This document shows positions 11,396 through 24,949 of a DNA stretch of 64,000 bases, piece after piece. Within the stretch, counting starts at the first letter, position 1; each line of letters begins with the position of its first letter. Source of the DNA: Podarcis gaigeae. Lineage: Eukaryota. The notes below the pieces were generated by a model. It did no database searches. It was not told the origin of the DNA and saw nothing but the letters and a program-made list of their open reading frames with translations. The position numbers and the translations under genes were made by a program. Location: the NCBI GenBank assembly GCA_964106915.2, contig OZ066919.1, one strand, 5' to 3'.

Positions 11396-11536
11396 CAGAT
11401 GTGGGGAACCTGTGGCCCTCCTGATGTTGCTGGACTCCCACTCTCATCAGCTCCAGCCAGCCAGCCAGCTCAATAGTCAGGGATAATGGGAGTTGTAGTC
11501 CAATAACATCTGAAAGGCCGTAAATTCCGTAGTCCC
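11396..11536. mobile_element. ~140-bp palindromic hAT-like MITE (lizard GGACTACAACTCCCA family)
   Basis: Inverted arms GATGTTGCTGGACT...GGGAGTTGTAGTCCAATAACATC. Further copies at 19089-19203, 29298-29421, 45179-45292 and 50645-50772. Confidence 0.75.
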
Positions 11537-12875
11537 AATGCAGAAGCTTGATAAGGAGCTGGAGCGCGGTGGCTCTCACTCAAGTAATGCCAGGAAGAAC
11601 AGGTGTTGTGCCTGTGTTGCTACAATAGACTAACAGAGAATACTTATTTAGTTTTAAATAAGTTTACCATTGCTGCTGGTCTCTGTAAGTCCCTCAAGGC
11701 CACCATACAATTTACTGTAGATGGAAAACTTGGTCATAGCTTGGGATAACCTGGTGGCAACTTATTTTGAGTGCAATCTTTCTGTTTTGGACAGAAATAT
11801 AACTGCACAGGGCAGCAAATGAACCACACTGCTGTATTGTCATAGCATTAGCTCAACAGCAAGCCAAGAGATATGTGTCATTATGTTAATGCACTTGTCT
11901 GCCTCAGAACAGTGTCCCCAGCACTCCTATCCATCATGTAAATGCCTTGCAGAAACAGTCTTCTGGATTCTCTTTGTGTACTTGCTGTCACTGCTATGGG
12001 AAGTAATGGCCTGAAATCATTCACACCATTAGTTTTAATGGATTAGAACTGTGTCATTTAAGGTAAGGTACAGGTGCGAGTGGGCTTGCAGAGTGCATCT
12101 CTACCCACATGCCACTGGCTAGTGTTACTCTGAGGGTTAAAAAGAAAATGAAAAGAAGAAGAAGACATTTTCCTCATCACCTTGGGAATGAAAGTGATGC
12201 ATTTTCCAACTGTCCCCACTGGAGGTCAGTGGAACATTGTTTACCATTGTTTGCTAGAACAAAGAAACTGCAAAACAGTGACATTTCAAGGGTGAATGTA
12301 TATCTTTTTCAGTGTCTTTGTTATTGTACATCTACAGATAATTCTGTAAATTGTCCATAATGCCTAGTTTTAATGGTCACCATTCCATGCTTTATGGGAC
12401 ATTAAATCAGTGTTTGTTTTATTGGCATAATTGCTTATTTAGATGCACAGAAACTGCCAGAAAAAGGTGCCCCCTTGTGCTCTCTAGGTGCTTGGGGTAT
12501 AACTTAATAATATGCAAAGCACAGTGGTGTGTTTTAAAATAATTCTCTAAAGGCAGAAAATGCCTGGGCTCCTGCCCCCTATATTCGGTACCGTCTTCCC
12601 AACTAAGCCTGGTGCTCTAGAAAGAATGTCTCTCATGGCTGCATCAACTCTGTATCAGCAGTGTACTTGAAAATGGTGCTAATCATTGATGCAATAGCAT
12701 TGCAGTACTTAATGACTGGAGCCAGGCAGTTCAGGGTGCAATCCTGTGGAGAGCATCTGAAACACAAATAAAAATAAATTTGCTGAAGGAGGCAACATCA
12801 GGCACTGTAGGTGGCAGTGCCAGACATCATGAAAAAAACAAAGTAATGAAATAAAACTATAAAACAGGAGCTGTA

Positions 12876-13285
12876 GGGTACATTCAGAGATGGGGAATAT
12901 TGCATTTTCCTGGTTATCATGCTAGCACCTCTGTACCTGTTGTGTTATGGAGATGTGGCTTTTGGACTGATATAAAAGCACATTTTGCTACATTCCATTC
13001 AGACCAGTGGGTGTGGTGTGGTACAACAGTGACTGTCACTGGATGTCGTTATTCCTCCATCGTCTCCACACATGTGTGCTTCTGTTCCTCCATCATTCAG
13101 CCAGGAAAATGGCAGGAAAGAACTGTGCGAACTCTCATGATTTTCCAGGTTAATGGGCTTGCAAATGGATTTATTTATGGAGTCAAATAACATGAATATC
13201 AGCACCAATGGAGGTCATTTTTACATCACATGAAAGCTCAAATATAATGTGGAAATTAACACTTAGGGAAACGTCTTGAAAATGG
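12876..13285 (+). mobile_element. Non-autonomous DNA transposon remnant, paralog of 24199-24949
   Basis: Colinear with 24199-24949 (CATTCAGA.ATGGG, TGTGGCTTTT.GACTGATAT, TTTTCCAGGTTAA, TCAAATAACATGAA, AAGCTCAAATAT). It lacks the SINE insertion and the right TIR. Confidence 0.75.
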
Positions 13286-13312
13286 AATAAACTGCCATTT
13301 ATTCCTAAATCA

Positions 13313-13460
13313 GTGGTAGTGCTTTGCAATTCCTGGCACCTCCAGATAGAACTGGGAATCTCTTCTATCTGAAATGCAGGAGAGCCCCCGCTGATCAAAA
13401 TCTGAGCTAGATGGTTGAGTGGTAGGACTTCTAGAAATAGGGCAGTTTCCTATGTTCCTG
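13313..13460 (+). mobile_element. Degraded tRNA-derived SINE (same family as 43818-44405)
   Basis: CCTGGCACCTCCAG...CTGAGCTAGATGG...GGCAGTTTCCTATGTTCCT. Another copy at about 41005-41185. Confidence 0.6.
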
Positions 13461-14404
13461 TTAGGAACTATTTGTGTATCTGAGGGGTGACTGATGCCAT
13501 TTCTTTTTTCCTGGCTAAGTAACCATCAAGATTTCTCCTTGTGCAACAGGACTCTTTCCTACCCTGTACATGTACGCACACACGCACGCGCACACACATA
13601 TTGTTCTCTCCTCATCTGCTCTGGGGGATGTTCAGATGGAGAAGAGGGGTGAATCCTGTGGCACATGTGGAATTCCTTTCAATGGTGGGACTGTTACTTA
13701 GGGCTGTGTCGAATACAGTCCTCAGTAAATAATGTCTGATATCAGTGGTGTGGGACCATGCCATGGTAAAGCAGCTTCCATATTCCTGTAGCCAGGCATG
13801 AACTGAACCTCAGCAATAAAACACTTCTCCATACCTTCTAAGTCAAGATGTCAACATGGGGAGTAGGAGAACTGAACTGTCTTGTTTCGGCTCATGATGA
13901 CTCGCTTATGAAACAGTAAAGGTTTAAAGATGAAGAAGCCTTAGAACAGGGACTAGCGATAACATTAAGCAAATATCCCATTTGAATATGCTAGCAGAAG
14001 AAATGTGAATTTAGGCTATAGTGTGTTTGTATACTAAATGTATTTGAAACATAGCAAGCATTTTGTTCCTTTTCTGTGTGGTTTGCAAGTAGAAATTAAT
14101 TAACTCCATTGATGATAATGAGGTTACTTCAGGTTTACGTCAACATTATGGCGAACAGAAGGTAGAATTGTTCAGCAAATGGTTTGAAAGTCTTTCTTGT
14201 ACATGAATAAGCATTGAATGCACATTAGAAAGGAATGAAAGCCATTGTTATTGCTATTATTTAACACAGCTGTCTCTTATTTCCACTACATAATTCTTGT
14301 CTAAATGTACATAACGTCTCCTGCTTGCGAGCTGATAGAGCTCAGGTGACTGACTATGACTCACCAAGCAAAACAGGATTGCTGACATGAGAGGAAAGAA
14401 CAGT

Positions 14405-14440
14405 GGGTTGGATCCATACCATTAGTTGCACTTAGTTCCC

Positions 14441-14471
<31 letters not shown>

Positions 14472-14741
14472 CATGGAAGGTAAGACTAACAATGGCTAAT
14501 AGTCATTATAGCTATACATTACCTTCAGAACCAGAGGCAGTATGCTTCTGAATACCAATAGAAGGGGACACACATGTCCTACTTTTGTGCTTCACATTAG
14601 CATCCATTCCCATAGGTGGTTGAGAACAGAATGTTGGACTACATGGGCTTTTGATCTGCTCCATCAAAGCACTTCTCATGACATTTGTTCCATCATTGCT
14701 GATGGCAACTAAGTGTGCCCAACTTAATTTGGATCCAACCC
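14405..14741. mobile_element. PIF/Harbinger-like MITE with nested microsatellite and SINE-like insert
   Basis: Perfect 12-bp TIR GGGTTGGATCCA (14405-14416 / 14730-14741) flanked by a 3-bp direct repeat AGT. Contains (GATT)n and a SINE-like segment at about 14498-14682. Confidence 0.7.
14442..14471. repeat. (GATT)n microsatellite
   Basis: Direct reading. Confidence 0.95.
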
Positions 14742-17700
14742 AGTTATTTATAGGAGGCTCTAATATAAGGTCATGTTCTCTGATATAATGGTAAAATATA
14801 TCTGATCCAATGGGTTAGTGCTGATAGCCAGCCTTCAGGGAGAGGAAATCCATAGTCCTAAACTAACATATAAGGCAGGAGAGTATTCTAGAGCTGTGCA
14901 CAAATGATCCCTTGAAAGTCTCCATCCTGTTGTGGACAGAAAAGTGGAGCGGAGGGAACTATTTCACCAAATTTATCCAATGGATGGGCCCCACTATTAG
15001 CCATGACAGTAGCATAGCTTCTCTCCCCTGCCCCCAAGTTTTTGTTGTTGCTGCTACAGCAGACAACTGTGTTGTTTTGCATTCTCCACAATGCCCTGGA
15101 CCTGCAGCATTTTGTAGCCACTGCCACAAAAAATGGTGGAAAATATTCAAATCTATCACTGAAGATCCATTTTCTAGTGGGTGGTGGTGAGAAAAAGAAA
15201 AATCACACCATTTTTTCCAGAAATACATCATCTGGGAAATTTTAGTTCAACTTTCGATTATCCTTCCCAGACACTATGACTGCTTCTAAAATCATTCTGA
15301 GTGCACACTTAATCACTGTGCATAAATAAAAGCATATTAGGTAGCAACACTGACATGTGCCGGCTATGATAAAACAATGAAGCCTCTTTTTTTTTCAATT
15401 GTCTAAGCTGTTATAGTTACCTGGCTTCTTAAATCTAGATAGAATGTGTCTACTAGCTCTAAGAAGGTCTTCCCAGAGAGTGGACAGCTTCTCTGTCCTT
15501 GAAAAATAACACTTAGTAGTGTCTGGGAAAAGATATACTAAATCAGAGAAGGAAGTTGTTGGAAGATTCTTCTCCTTTAGTAGAATTCATGTCTCACTTT
15601 CCATCGTCTGAGGCTGAAAATTCTTCCCCAACTTCAGTCATGCTCAAATTGAGCCATTGTTGAGGTGGTTCTACCTATGGTGACAAAATATTAGTGTAAG
15701 TACGGTGCTATAGATGTGAAAAAAGATGGCCTGGGACATTGAAGATGTAGGTTTGTAAGCATGTTGAATATTTGCAGTTGGGCACATATTTTGCAGTTTC
15801 CATATTAATACCCATATTCTGAGGTTTTTTTGCTCATTCCCTCCCCTTGCAGGAGTCAACAAAAATTGCAGAAAACTATGAAGTTAGGGAAACATCACCT
15901 ACATTTCGAATCTAATCTGGGGATGACATAAGTAAACACCCTGTCCTGATCTGATATGCAGACACTTAGAAAATGTATTGCACCCAGCTTCCTTGGAAAA
16001 GCTGCTCTTTGGGAATTGGATGGACAATATAGGAAATGTAGAATCTTTTCATTTGTATGCCTGGTTTTCTTTATTGGCATGACTCGAGGTAAATTTAGAA
16101 ATAGTGCAGTAGCCAAGTGGGCAATTTGCCAACTGCTTTCACATGGGGAAAATAATACACAGGATCATAAGCAAAACAACTCTTCATTATGATTCATGGA
16201 TAATTTTGGGACACTTTAGCAACCAATTCATCCTGATTAGCCAATTAAATGCAGGAACCTATGTGCAACCCTGAACCATGGAGTTTAGATCAATGCATTG
16301 AAATAATGAAAGACTGTCCTGGAAGAGAGATTGCTTGTTCTTGAGAGTATGCTAGGACTCAAGAAACACTCACATAATCACTGTGAATGTGCAGCTTCTT
16401 TAACGACCTTGGCATCTGCTTAAATGTCTCCCAGTGAAATAAATGGAACTGATATACACACTTCTCTGAATATTCGTGTTATTTCAGAGTTGTTCAGCAA
16501 TGGCACCATTTTTATTCCCATACTGCTGCATCTTTCCAGGACTTCTTTTCTGAACTTCATATTCTTAGCCTCATTTGACCTCACTTCTTTTTAGGCTGTG
16601 GGGTTGATGCATGTAGCTTTTCTTCACACTTGTCTTTGGGGGCATCACATCAGTTGTAGCATACTGTTGTCATTGACGAAATAATGTCACCAATCATAAT
16701 AAAGGGCCAGCGAGGGTAAATGAGTCTAAGGACAGTGTGGTCAAAGATGCAGAAGAAGAGCACATGGAAGAGGCATGATGTAAGCCTGTTTGGCTCACTG
16801 TGCCTCTGTTGTACCAGCAGTTCTTCAAATCATGCTGGCAAAACCAACACTGTCCTGCATACAGAAGTTGTTATAAAGTCTCCAGAAGCATCACCAATAG
16901 GGGGAAAGTATTATTTGTTTAATAACACAGCTCAGCTTGCCGCTTTGTCAATGGAATCATGCACATGAAATACTCCCTCCAAATGCTCAAGAACACAGCA
17001 GAGTTCTTCCTTTTTGGCTATAGTTTAAGAGCATTCAGAGCACATTTCTGCCAGCACACCAGCAGGTTTCAGCGAGAGAACACACAATTGTAGTTAATTG
17101 ATCATTTTCACAGAGAAGAAATTTAGAAGGACTTTCTAATTCGTGTCTTTTTTTGACCGCTTTTAAGCATCTAACAAAAGGCGTTCCTTTTCTTTTCACT
17201 TGGGTTCTTCTTATTTCTATTTAAAATGATCTTCCCTGTCTGCAGTTACTTCTATTTGAGAGAAAAAGAAGAAGATACCAAGTACATTCTGATTTGGTAT
17301 GCTTAATCTTCAACATTGTGAAACCATTCACAGTTTTGCAATTATATGCTAAATGGGCACCAAGGTCATTTTGTACTCATCTGTGACTTTCTAATGAAAG
17401 GCACAGATGTCATTAAAAGCACAGTTCATTCTTTTTTAAAAAGCACGTCTTTGAACACACATTTATTCATGGGCTTCAGGAAATGTATATATAACACATT
17501 TGGTTGCCACTTTGCTTGAGCCAAATTACTTGTGCTCAGTGGTGTTTCTCTCTTTATATATTTGTTAGTTACAAAACCAAACCAAGATCCATATAAACCC
17601 AATAAAATCCAAGGGGTTAGAAGGTGAGCCACTGCAACAGCTGATGAATGCTGTGAGAGCCAGGAATTGGCTCCATTGATGGTTCAAGAGCATTGTCATA

Positions 17701-18080
17701 CACTAGCAGTTGTCTCCAGTTTTTGCTATAAGTAGCATGCTGTTGAGTGGCACATGTCACCCTGGAGTAGGAGCAGTGAGGAATGATAACCTTTCCAAAC
17801 CCCATAGCATAGCGCAAAGACACTGGAAAATATCTCTCTGTGTGTGACTTTCTTACAGGACAGCAGAGTTGATAACAAAGGTTGTCTGCCCACAGAATTT
17901 CCCATTCAGTTAAATGGGAGTGTAAACCGAGCTGAGTCCACCACTGAAATGAATGGAAAAATCTACTTACATAGGCCTTAAGTGAGCACATCAGGATATT
18001 ACATTTCAGGAATTCAGAACAATGAACTCACATCCCATTGGTTCCAATTGCATTTAAGTGACTGTGTCTTTATGATAGAG

Positions 18081-18084
<4 letters not shown>

Positions 18085-18128
<44 letters not shown>
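18085..18128. repeat. (CT)n microsatellite
   Basis: Direct reading. Confidence 0.97.
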
Positions 18129-18131
<3 letters not shown>

Positions 18132-18614
18132 ATTTCTATACTGCCTTTTACCAAATAGTCACAGGACTTTTTTTAAAAAAAGCCATAAATACATAATATA
18201 AAATATTAAAGCAGCAAGGTCAAAGAAGACAAATATTAGTGAACCCTTAGCAAATGAGATGTGGAAGAAAGGGATGTGGAGGTGTGAAGAGAGAATACTT
18301 AGCGATGGCAAAGGGCAAGATTCCTTTGTAGGGGATTTTTGGGGGTTATTTAAAGGTTGGCTTGTGGGGTGCACTTTTTTTGCTAACTCTGTTCTATTGA
18401 AAGGAGGCCTGCTGTTATGTCATTTGGCTGACTGGTTCATTCTTCTGGTCACACTTAAGAGTGAGACCAGTGAAACCCCTGAGGTAACCCAACTATCTGT
18501 CCACCAGCCAACTCAAAGGGATGGGGGGAAGGGAGCTGCCCTTTGGCCCTTGATGCTGTAGTCCACTGAATGCTGGCCAGTGGGTCTAGGGTAGGGAAGC
18601 CAGATGACCTTGTA

Positions 18615-18765
18615 GTTCACCTGCTTGTAGGCTTCCCACAGACATCTGGTTGGCCACTGTGAGAGGTAAAGATAAAGGAAAAGGACCCCTGGATGATTAA
18701 GTCCTGGAGAAAAAGGATGCTGGTCTAGATGGGACTTGATCCAACAGGCTCTTCTTATGTTCTCA
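18615..18765 (+). mobile_element. 3' part of a CR1-tailed SINE/LINE-like repeat
   Basis: GGCTTCCCACAGACATCTGGTTGGCCACTGTGAG...GGATGCTGG.CTAGATGGG..TTGATCCAACAGGCTCTTCTTATGTTCT. Other copies at about 14498-14682, 40366-40445 and 61668-61745. Confidence 0.65.
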
Positions 18766-19088
18766 TTATTAGGTGAGCAGGCAATGATCCAGTGATCCAG
18801 GATCATTGATCCAGTGCATAGAGCTGGGGTGGGTGGATTTTGTCCAAAGGAAAGTAGATCCATCTCCATTGTTCATTAGATTGTATCTTTCTAACCACAC
18901 GTATGTGGGCAATGTTATTGCTCATTGCAGATCCTTCTAGTCAATGAAGAGTGACCCTTACCCCCCATCTGGTCTCTTCCCTCAATTTGGGTGGGTGTGT
19001 TGCTATCTAATCAATCTATCCATCCATCTTCTTTTTGCAAAGTTTCCCACAGGACCCACTACATGCCTAGTTTCCCAATCCCATAAGT

Positions 19089-19203
19089 CAGGGGTGTTGA
19101 TGAGCTCCAGCTTCCATTAGCTGCAGCCAGCATGACCAGCAATTGAGGATTATGGGAGTTGTAGTCCATCAACATCTGGAGGGCCACAAGTTCATCAACC
19201 CTG
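19089..19203. mobile_element. Palindromic hAT-like MITE copy
   Basis: CAGGGGTG...GGGAGTTGTAGTCCATCAACATCTGGAGGGCCAC...CCCTG. Confidence 0.7.
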
Positions 19204-21479
19204 CTTAAATACTGAGATTTTTTTTTAAGCCACTTGCAATGTGGGTCAGGGGATGTGTGATTCAGAAATGACAGAAAGCTCCACACTGTACATCACACCT
19301 CCATGGATAGTCCTCTGGACTGTGTTCCTGGTCTTAATATTAGATTCTTTTAAGGCAACTATCAGCATTCTCTGGGGAGGAAAAGCATTTAAATAATTAC
19401 TTTCGTTTGTGAAATTCTGGTGATGATTTCCCCACAAATAACTATATTATGAACTCCTTCCAGTCCCTCCCCCCACAATGTGTTTGACCTCCTCCAGCTG
19501 CTCTCTTCGCAACCCCCTCTCCCACTTTAAAACCTTCCCTTTAATTGCTTGCATTAATGCCCCGAGGTTCTGTGAGAGAAGCTACAGAAACCTTGATTTT
19601 ATTTTCCCAAGGAAGCAATTACAAATCTGGGTTAATATGAAATCAAGTTGTTTGTAAATGCAACTGTTTAAAGTTTGCCTCCAGGGAAATCATGCAAAAA
19701 TAGGGCATTTTCTACCATTTGGATCTGTGCCAGTCAGCCAGCTCCACCTATGCTATAAATCAGATCATCAATTACAATCTGAAGAACATGGCATATGCAT
19801 TTAAAGAAACATGTTTAGCCAGAAAGTTTTTAATAATAGGATGAGTCTTTCTTTCATGGGAAACAATCCTGTAGTTTACCTGCACCTTGATAAAGCAAGA
19901 TGCAGCAGGTTGTGACTACCTGACATTTCTGAAGCAGCCACACTTTTAAGGCAAAACAAAGCCATACAGAAGAAACTGAATGAATTGATAGTGGGCCCTT
20001 AGATTGGTGTGTTTTTAGGTATTTGTGGCCTCTTTCGGAATGCCTTTTATTTTTCTTAGGCAGAGGCAATTCAGAGCAAGGGCAATTTTTCCTGCATTGT
20101 ATTGACCTCACTCCGAATTACCATAATTTCCCCACAGCTCCATGATCACATAGCCAATTCTTATGGACTACTCAGCATTGTGATGCCACCATACTCATTA
20201 CATGACCCCTGATTGAGTGAGATCACCTAGTGAAGAAAAGTTGTTAAAGCTGGTAGTGAAGCTGTAGCAGAACTGGAGAACAGTGTTTGTGAACTGCTAT
20301 GAAAAGAAAGGAGGAAAAGGCACATTTAAGCATGGGGGGGAGAGGTGTTAATTCACACACATCTGCAAAAGTCCTGCTTTCACTTATTCGTGAGTGAATA
20401 TTCAGCTCAGGTCTAACTTAGAATAAAAGGAGATAAGAACATGAGCGCATTTTCTTCTCAATGCTAAACATATTTTTTTTGCATTGATTTCCCCACACAT
20501 TCAGGAAAGTTTTATATTATAGGCCTCTTGATGATGGCAGGAACAGGAGAGACCTTGAAACCTTTGAATTAAATATGATCCAAATTTACAGCTGAGTGAA
20601 GGATGAAAGATTAATAGGGTTTTCTTTCAGTGTGCTGTAAATCTGAAACTCTGGCGCTGGTTGCAGTGGTAAATTTCAAGCACCCAACTCCTAGTCATGA
20701 GCAAGCAGAGTGCACCAGGTTGCCATTATAAGCCTGTAGCACAGAATTATTCCAGTAGCAGTTTATATGGGGAAGAAACTGAAGGATAAATCATCCTCGG
20801 GTATAAGCCTTGCCCTATCCCTTGAGTCCTTGATATTATAATCTTTGACATCCCATCCTCCATCTATCTGGCCCCGCTCAGAGCCCTTGACCTAATCTTT
20901 CCTGTAGTCCTTGATTCAACAAAATTCTCTACATTTATTGCAGCTCAGCCTGTGCCGTTGCATTTTGCAGCCAATCAAAACATTTGTTTCAATCTGGAAA
21001 TACTATGAGCCAAACCTTTTCCATTTTCTGTAGCTTGAATGTCAAGCTGAGCCTCAAGCCATTTCTTCTGAGCTCAAATTCTAAGGAATCTCGCTTTTAT
21101 TTTTTTAACACTGTACTTGCAAAGTTCTTGCTGATTAGTCATTAGTAAGTTCGTTATTGTGAACCAAATAGGCAAATTAGTGAGCAGTGGGTTTCCCTAA
21201 GAAGCACTCAAGGCATGTGTTATGTTAGGATGGTGGGGATATTCTCATAATGCTAATATTGGAGCATCCGTTTGTTTAATCCCAACATTAACCATGCAAG
21301 CTCACATAGTAATGCTTGGTAGCTCTGCCATAAGTGTGGGATACTTTCCACTCTGCAGCCCATACCACACTGACCTAGTATGAGTGGTTGGCTAGGTCAG
21401 GCACTGGACTGGCGAAGGGCCCCAAGGTTCAGAAGGGACCAGCCTACCACCGACTTGAACTCAGCCCCTCAGGCTGGAA

Positions 21480-21690
21480 GGATGCCATCTTCATTCTCTG
21501 TGGCAGCCCCTAACTTGTGGAACTGCATCCCCACAGATGTGCATCTGGTGCCTTCATTATACAGCTGAAGAGGCACCTCTTTACCCTGCCTTTTTTTGGA
21601 CCCACCTTATTTTTTAGGGTTGTAAATTGTTGTAAATTGCTTTAAATGCTGCAACCCACTCTGGGACCTGAGGGTGAAGGAAGAGAAGTC
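21480..21690 (+). mobile_element. L2 LINE 3' fragment
   Basis: Translates to FSVAAPNLWNCIP, the L2 ORF2 C-terminal AFSVAAPxLWNxLP motif, followed by an L2-type 3' UTR. Confidence 0.75.
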
Positions 21691-24198
21691 AAATCACCAT
21701 CATCACCATCATCATGAAGCTCAGGCACCTGGGGAGGCAGTAGAAAGTAGACCATAAGAGAGATGTGAGGAAGGAAGGGAGGAAGGAATTACACAAACGC
21801 CCCTTGGCCATGCTGGAAGTAGTTGAAATGAAGGAAAAGCCTTCCACCCCAAGCATGAGAATTGTACCAAATTTCTCTCTCCTCTTATATAAATTTTCAA
21901 ATGCAATTTCTTGACAGCACTGCCAGTGTGCATCATTGAGGGGGCAGAATTAGCTCTGTGCATTCCTACAGGCTCCTTCACGTATCCAACAGTGAATAAC
22001 TGAAGAGGGCTAATATATTTGAATTTACTATAATAATTCTTTAAAGTCTCTTTTAACTTCTCTCATCTACATACTGTTCATTGAGGATTCTCCTTTGTTG
22101 TTCCTTCATGTACTCTGGCAACACTTTCGACCAATCAGTGTTCCTTCATCACACAGTAAGAAAATCGCTTTATAATAAATTCCTGGCAATAAGCCTAACT
22201 AGAGCCGACATGCTATCAAGGCTCCATATACAGTTTTTACCTGCTGAGTGTATGACTGAGGACTTCGGGTGTTCAGTGAGACTGAACTGATTACTACTAA
22301 AAATGTTATTTGCTTGAGCGAGGCCTGGATTTGTCCAGTTTCTGATTGTAGACTTTCAGTTTCAATATGCTTTAGGGAACATTCTCTTGTAACAGGTCAC
22401 TCCAAATCCTTGTCTGTCACAGATTTGAATTAAACATGCCAAGTTGACTGCTACGAATGTAATGAATTTGCACAACCTAATGCACAACACAAAAATCCTC
22501 TGTCATTTTAAAGATTGTAATTCTGTTCTATTAAAATCAATATAAGCGTTGTATGGATTTCTATTGGAGTAGGTTTGCAGCCTTAATTTTTGGTTTTCAA
22601 TGATATCTGAAAGGCTGCTTAAAAAAGAATAGAACAGTTTTTGCCTGTAAACGGGAGGATTAGAGATAATGGGTTTAAGCTGAAACGGTACAAATGCAGG
22701 TTGGGTGTTGGGGAAAATGATTATAAGAACAGCTGGACAATACATTAAGATACAGAGGGAGTTTAGGGTATCTTGATCTGTAGTAAAATTTCAAGACCTT
22801 ATGTAAGTGCCTGTCTTACTTAGGTGGTAGATTTCAGATTTTATTTGTTTTGCTTTAGGGTATGATGCTGGAGGAGTAGATTCTTTTTCTTTGATTCTGT
22901 GAATTCCCCACCTTTCTGTATCAGGCACGAGCCTTGGGCATGCTTGGGGGGAAAGAGAGAGTTGTATATAATTGTTTGACGCCAAGCAACTGGGATAATA
23001 TGGTGGAGTTAATCCAGATTAATCCCTTTCCATACCTCATGCTGGCTAGAGGGGAAAATGCAGACAAGGTAATTATCACAACATTTTTTTGTTAAAGCTT
23101 CCAGCCTCTCTCCTGGTGGGAATTAAAGCAGTTGGTTGAATGTGAGAGATGCAGAAGCAAACAGATGCAAGGTGACTGAGCCAAACTCAGGACATTCCAA
23201 CAAAAGTGAATTTTGAAAACACCTGCTAAGGGGATGAGGAACCTGGACTTTCTCCTGTGAACTTTGACTTTTTCTCAGAACACACTCAAGAGGAAGTGCC
23301 AAGAGTGCTCTTCTCCCATTTGCCCTTGACCTGGAAATGATGAGACCATGCAGCAATATTGATTGCCATATTTCATCGGAGAAGACACTGTACAGATGTG
23401 CCTCTTCACCTGTCTGCCCCTTGGTCTCAAAATGTCCTGAGCTTTCTAATTAGAGCAGAAAACAAGACTTGAGAAGGAACAGATGGCAGCGAGGTGTGAG
23501 CAAGGATTTGAAAGAGTCGCAGGCAGTTTGCTAACAGCCTCTCTCAGGTCCCAGAGGGAAAGTCCTACTGCTTCCCCTCATCTATTAGGAGACAGAAGGT
23601 TGTGACGAGAACTTGGAAGAGGAGAGTAACAAGGGTTTGCCTTATGCAACCTGTGTGATATGAACATCACATTTGGATTTATTTCCAATCACAACTCATT
23701 CTACAGCCCATGCCTGAATCTTCACAATCCACTATAGGGGGGAAATCACAATTATGCTAAATACACTTCAGAATACCTATTGGCCATATCCAGGTAAATA
23801 AATGTTCACATTCTAGGAACAGGCAACGATGGCTAGGTGTGATATTGTGTTCACACTGTTTCATGCCATGTGAGCAGAAGCATAAAGATTGAGTTTTCCT
23901 TACAGACTGTTTTAGAAAGTGTGTACAAAGTTAGGGGAGGACTAAAAGCCTGCTCCTGCTCCCCAGTCATTGTACAATTCCCTTACACACACAAAATGCA
24001 TGTACTATATAGGGCTAAAGTGAACAGGAAAATGTCAAAACATTATACAGCCAGTGAGATTTGGCTGTATGATTATGTCACTGAGAGCAAGAGAAGATAA
24101 TTTAAATGTGTAAGCAAACATTTCCATAAGGAATGAAAAAATTCCCCCCAAAATAGTACTCACCGCACCACCCACATTGGCAAAAAAAAATTAACAAA

Positions 24199-24949
24199 GG
24201 ATGCATTCAGACATGGGCAATATCTCATTGGTTTTCCTGATTATAATGCTAGTGCTTCTTTCCCATTTTCTAATGTTCCTTTCACACTGTTGCATTACAG
24301 AACTGTGGCTTTTTGACTGATATGCCACTATGTTGTGCTATATTTCATTCACACCACTGGGCATGGTCACACAACAATGAGTGTAAAATGTTGCTACTCC
24401 CCTCCCCTCCCTTTCCGTACATGTGTGCTTCTGAAGAAGAAGAGTTTGGATTTGATATCCCGCCTTTCACTCCCTTTAAGGAGTCTCAAAGCGGCTAACA
24501 TTCTCCTTTCCCTTCCTCCCCCACAACAAACACTCTGTGAGGTGGGTGGGGCTGAGAGACTTCAAAGAAGTGTGACTGGCCCAAGGTCACTCAGCAGCTG
24601 CATGTGGAGGAGCGGAGACGCGACCTGGTTCCCCAGATTACGAGACTACCGCTCTTAACCACTACACCACACTGGCTCTGTTCCTTCATTAACCCCCCCC
24701 CACACACCAAAACAGCAGGAATGTGCCAGTATACTACCCCAAATTTTGCCACTTTATTCTCACAATTTTCCAGGTTAAGGTGGGTGCAAATGGATATTTA
24801 TTGGAATCAAATAACATGAAAATGAGCACTAAATTTGTGCTATATTCTATTAGTTTACCAGAAGTGGCTTTTATGTTGTGTGGAAGCTCAAATATTATGC
24901 AGAAATTAAGAGTTAGGGAAATGTTGGGCAAGTCCATGTGAATGCAGCC
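24199..24949 (+). mobile_element. PIF/Harbinger-like non-autonomous DNA transposon hosting a SINE
   Basis: Imperfect TIRs GGATGCATTCAGACATGG / CCATGTGAATGCAGCC with AAA on both flanks. Paralog at 12876-13285. Confidence 0.65.
24434..24676 (-). mobile_element. Full-length young Squam3-like tRNA/CORE SINE
   Basis: Minus strand GCCAGTGTGGTGTAGTGGTTAAGAGCGGTAG (A box)...CTCCTCCACATGCAGCTGCTGAGTGACCTTGGGCCAGTCAC...(CTT)n tail. CpGs retained. TCTG direct repeat at both ends. Confidence 0.9.
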
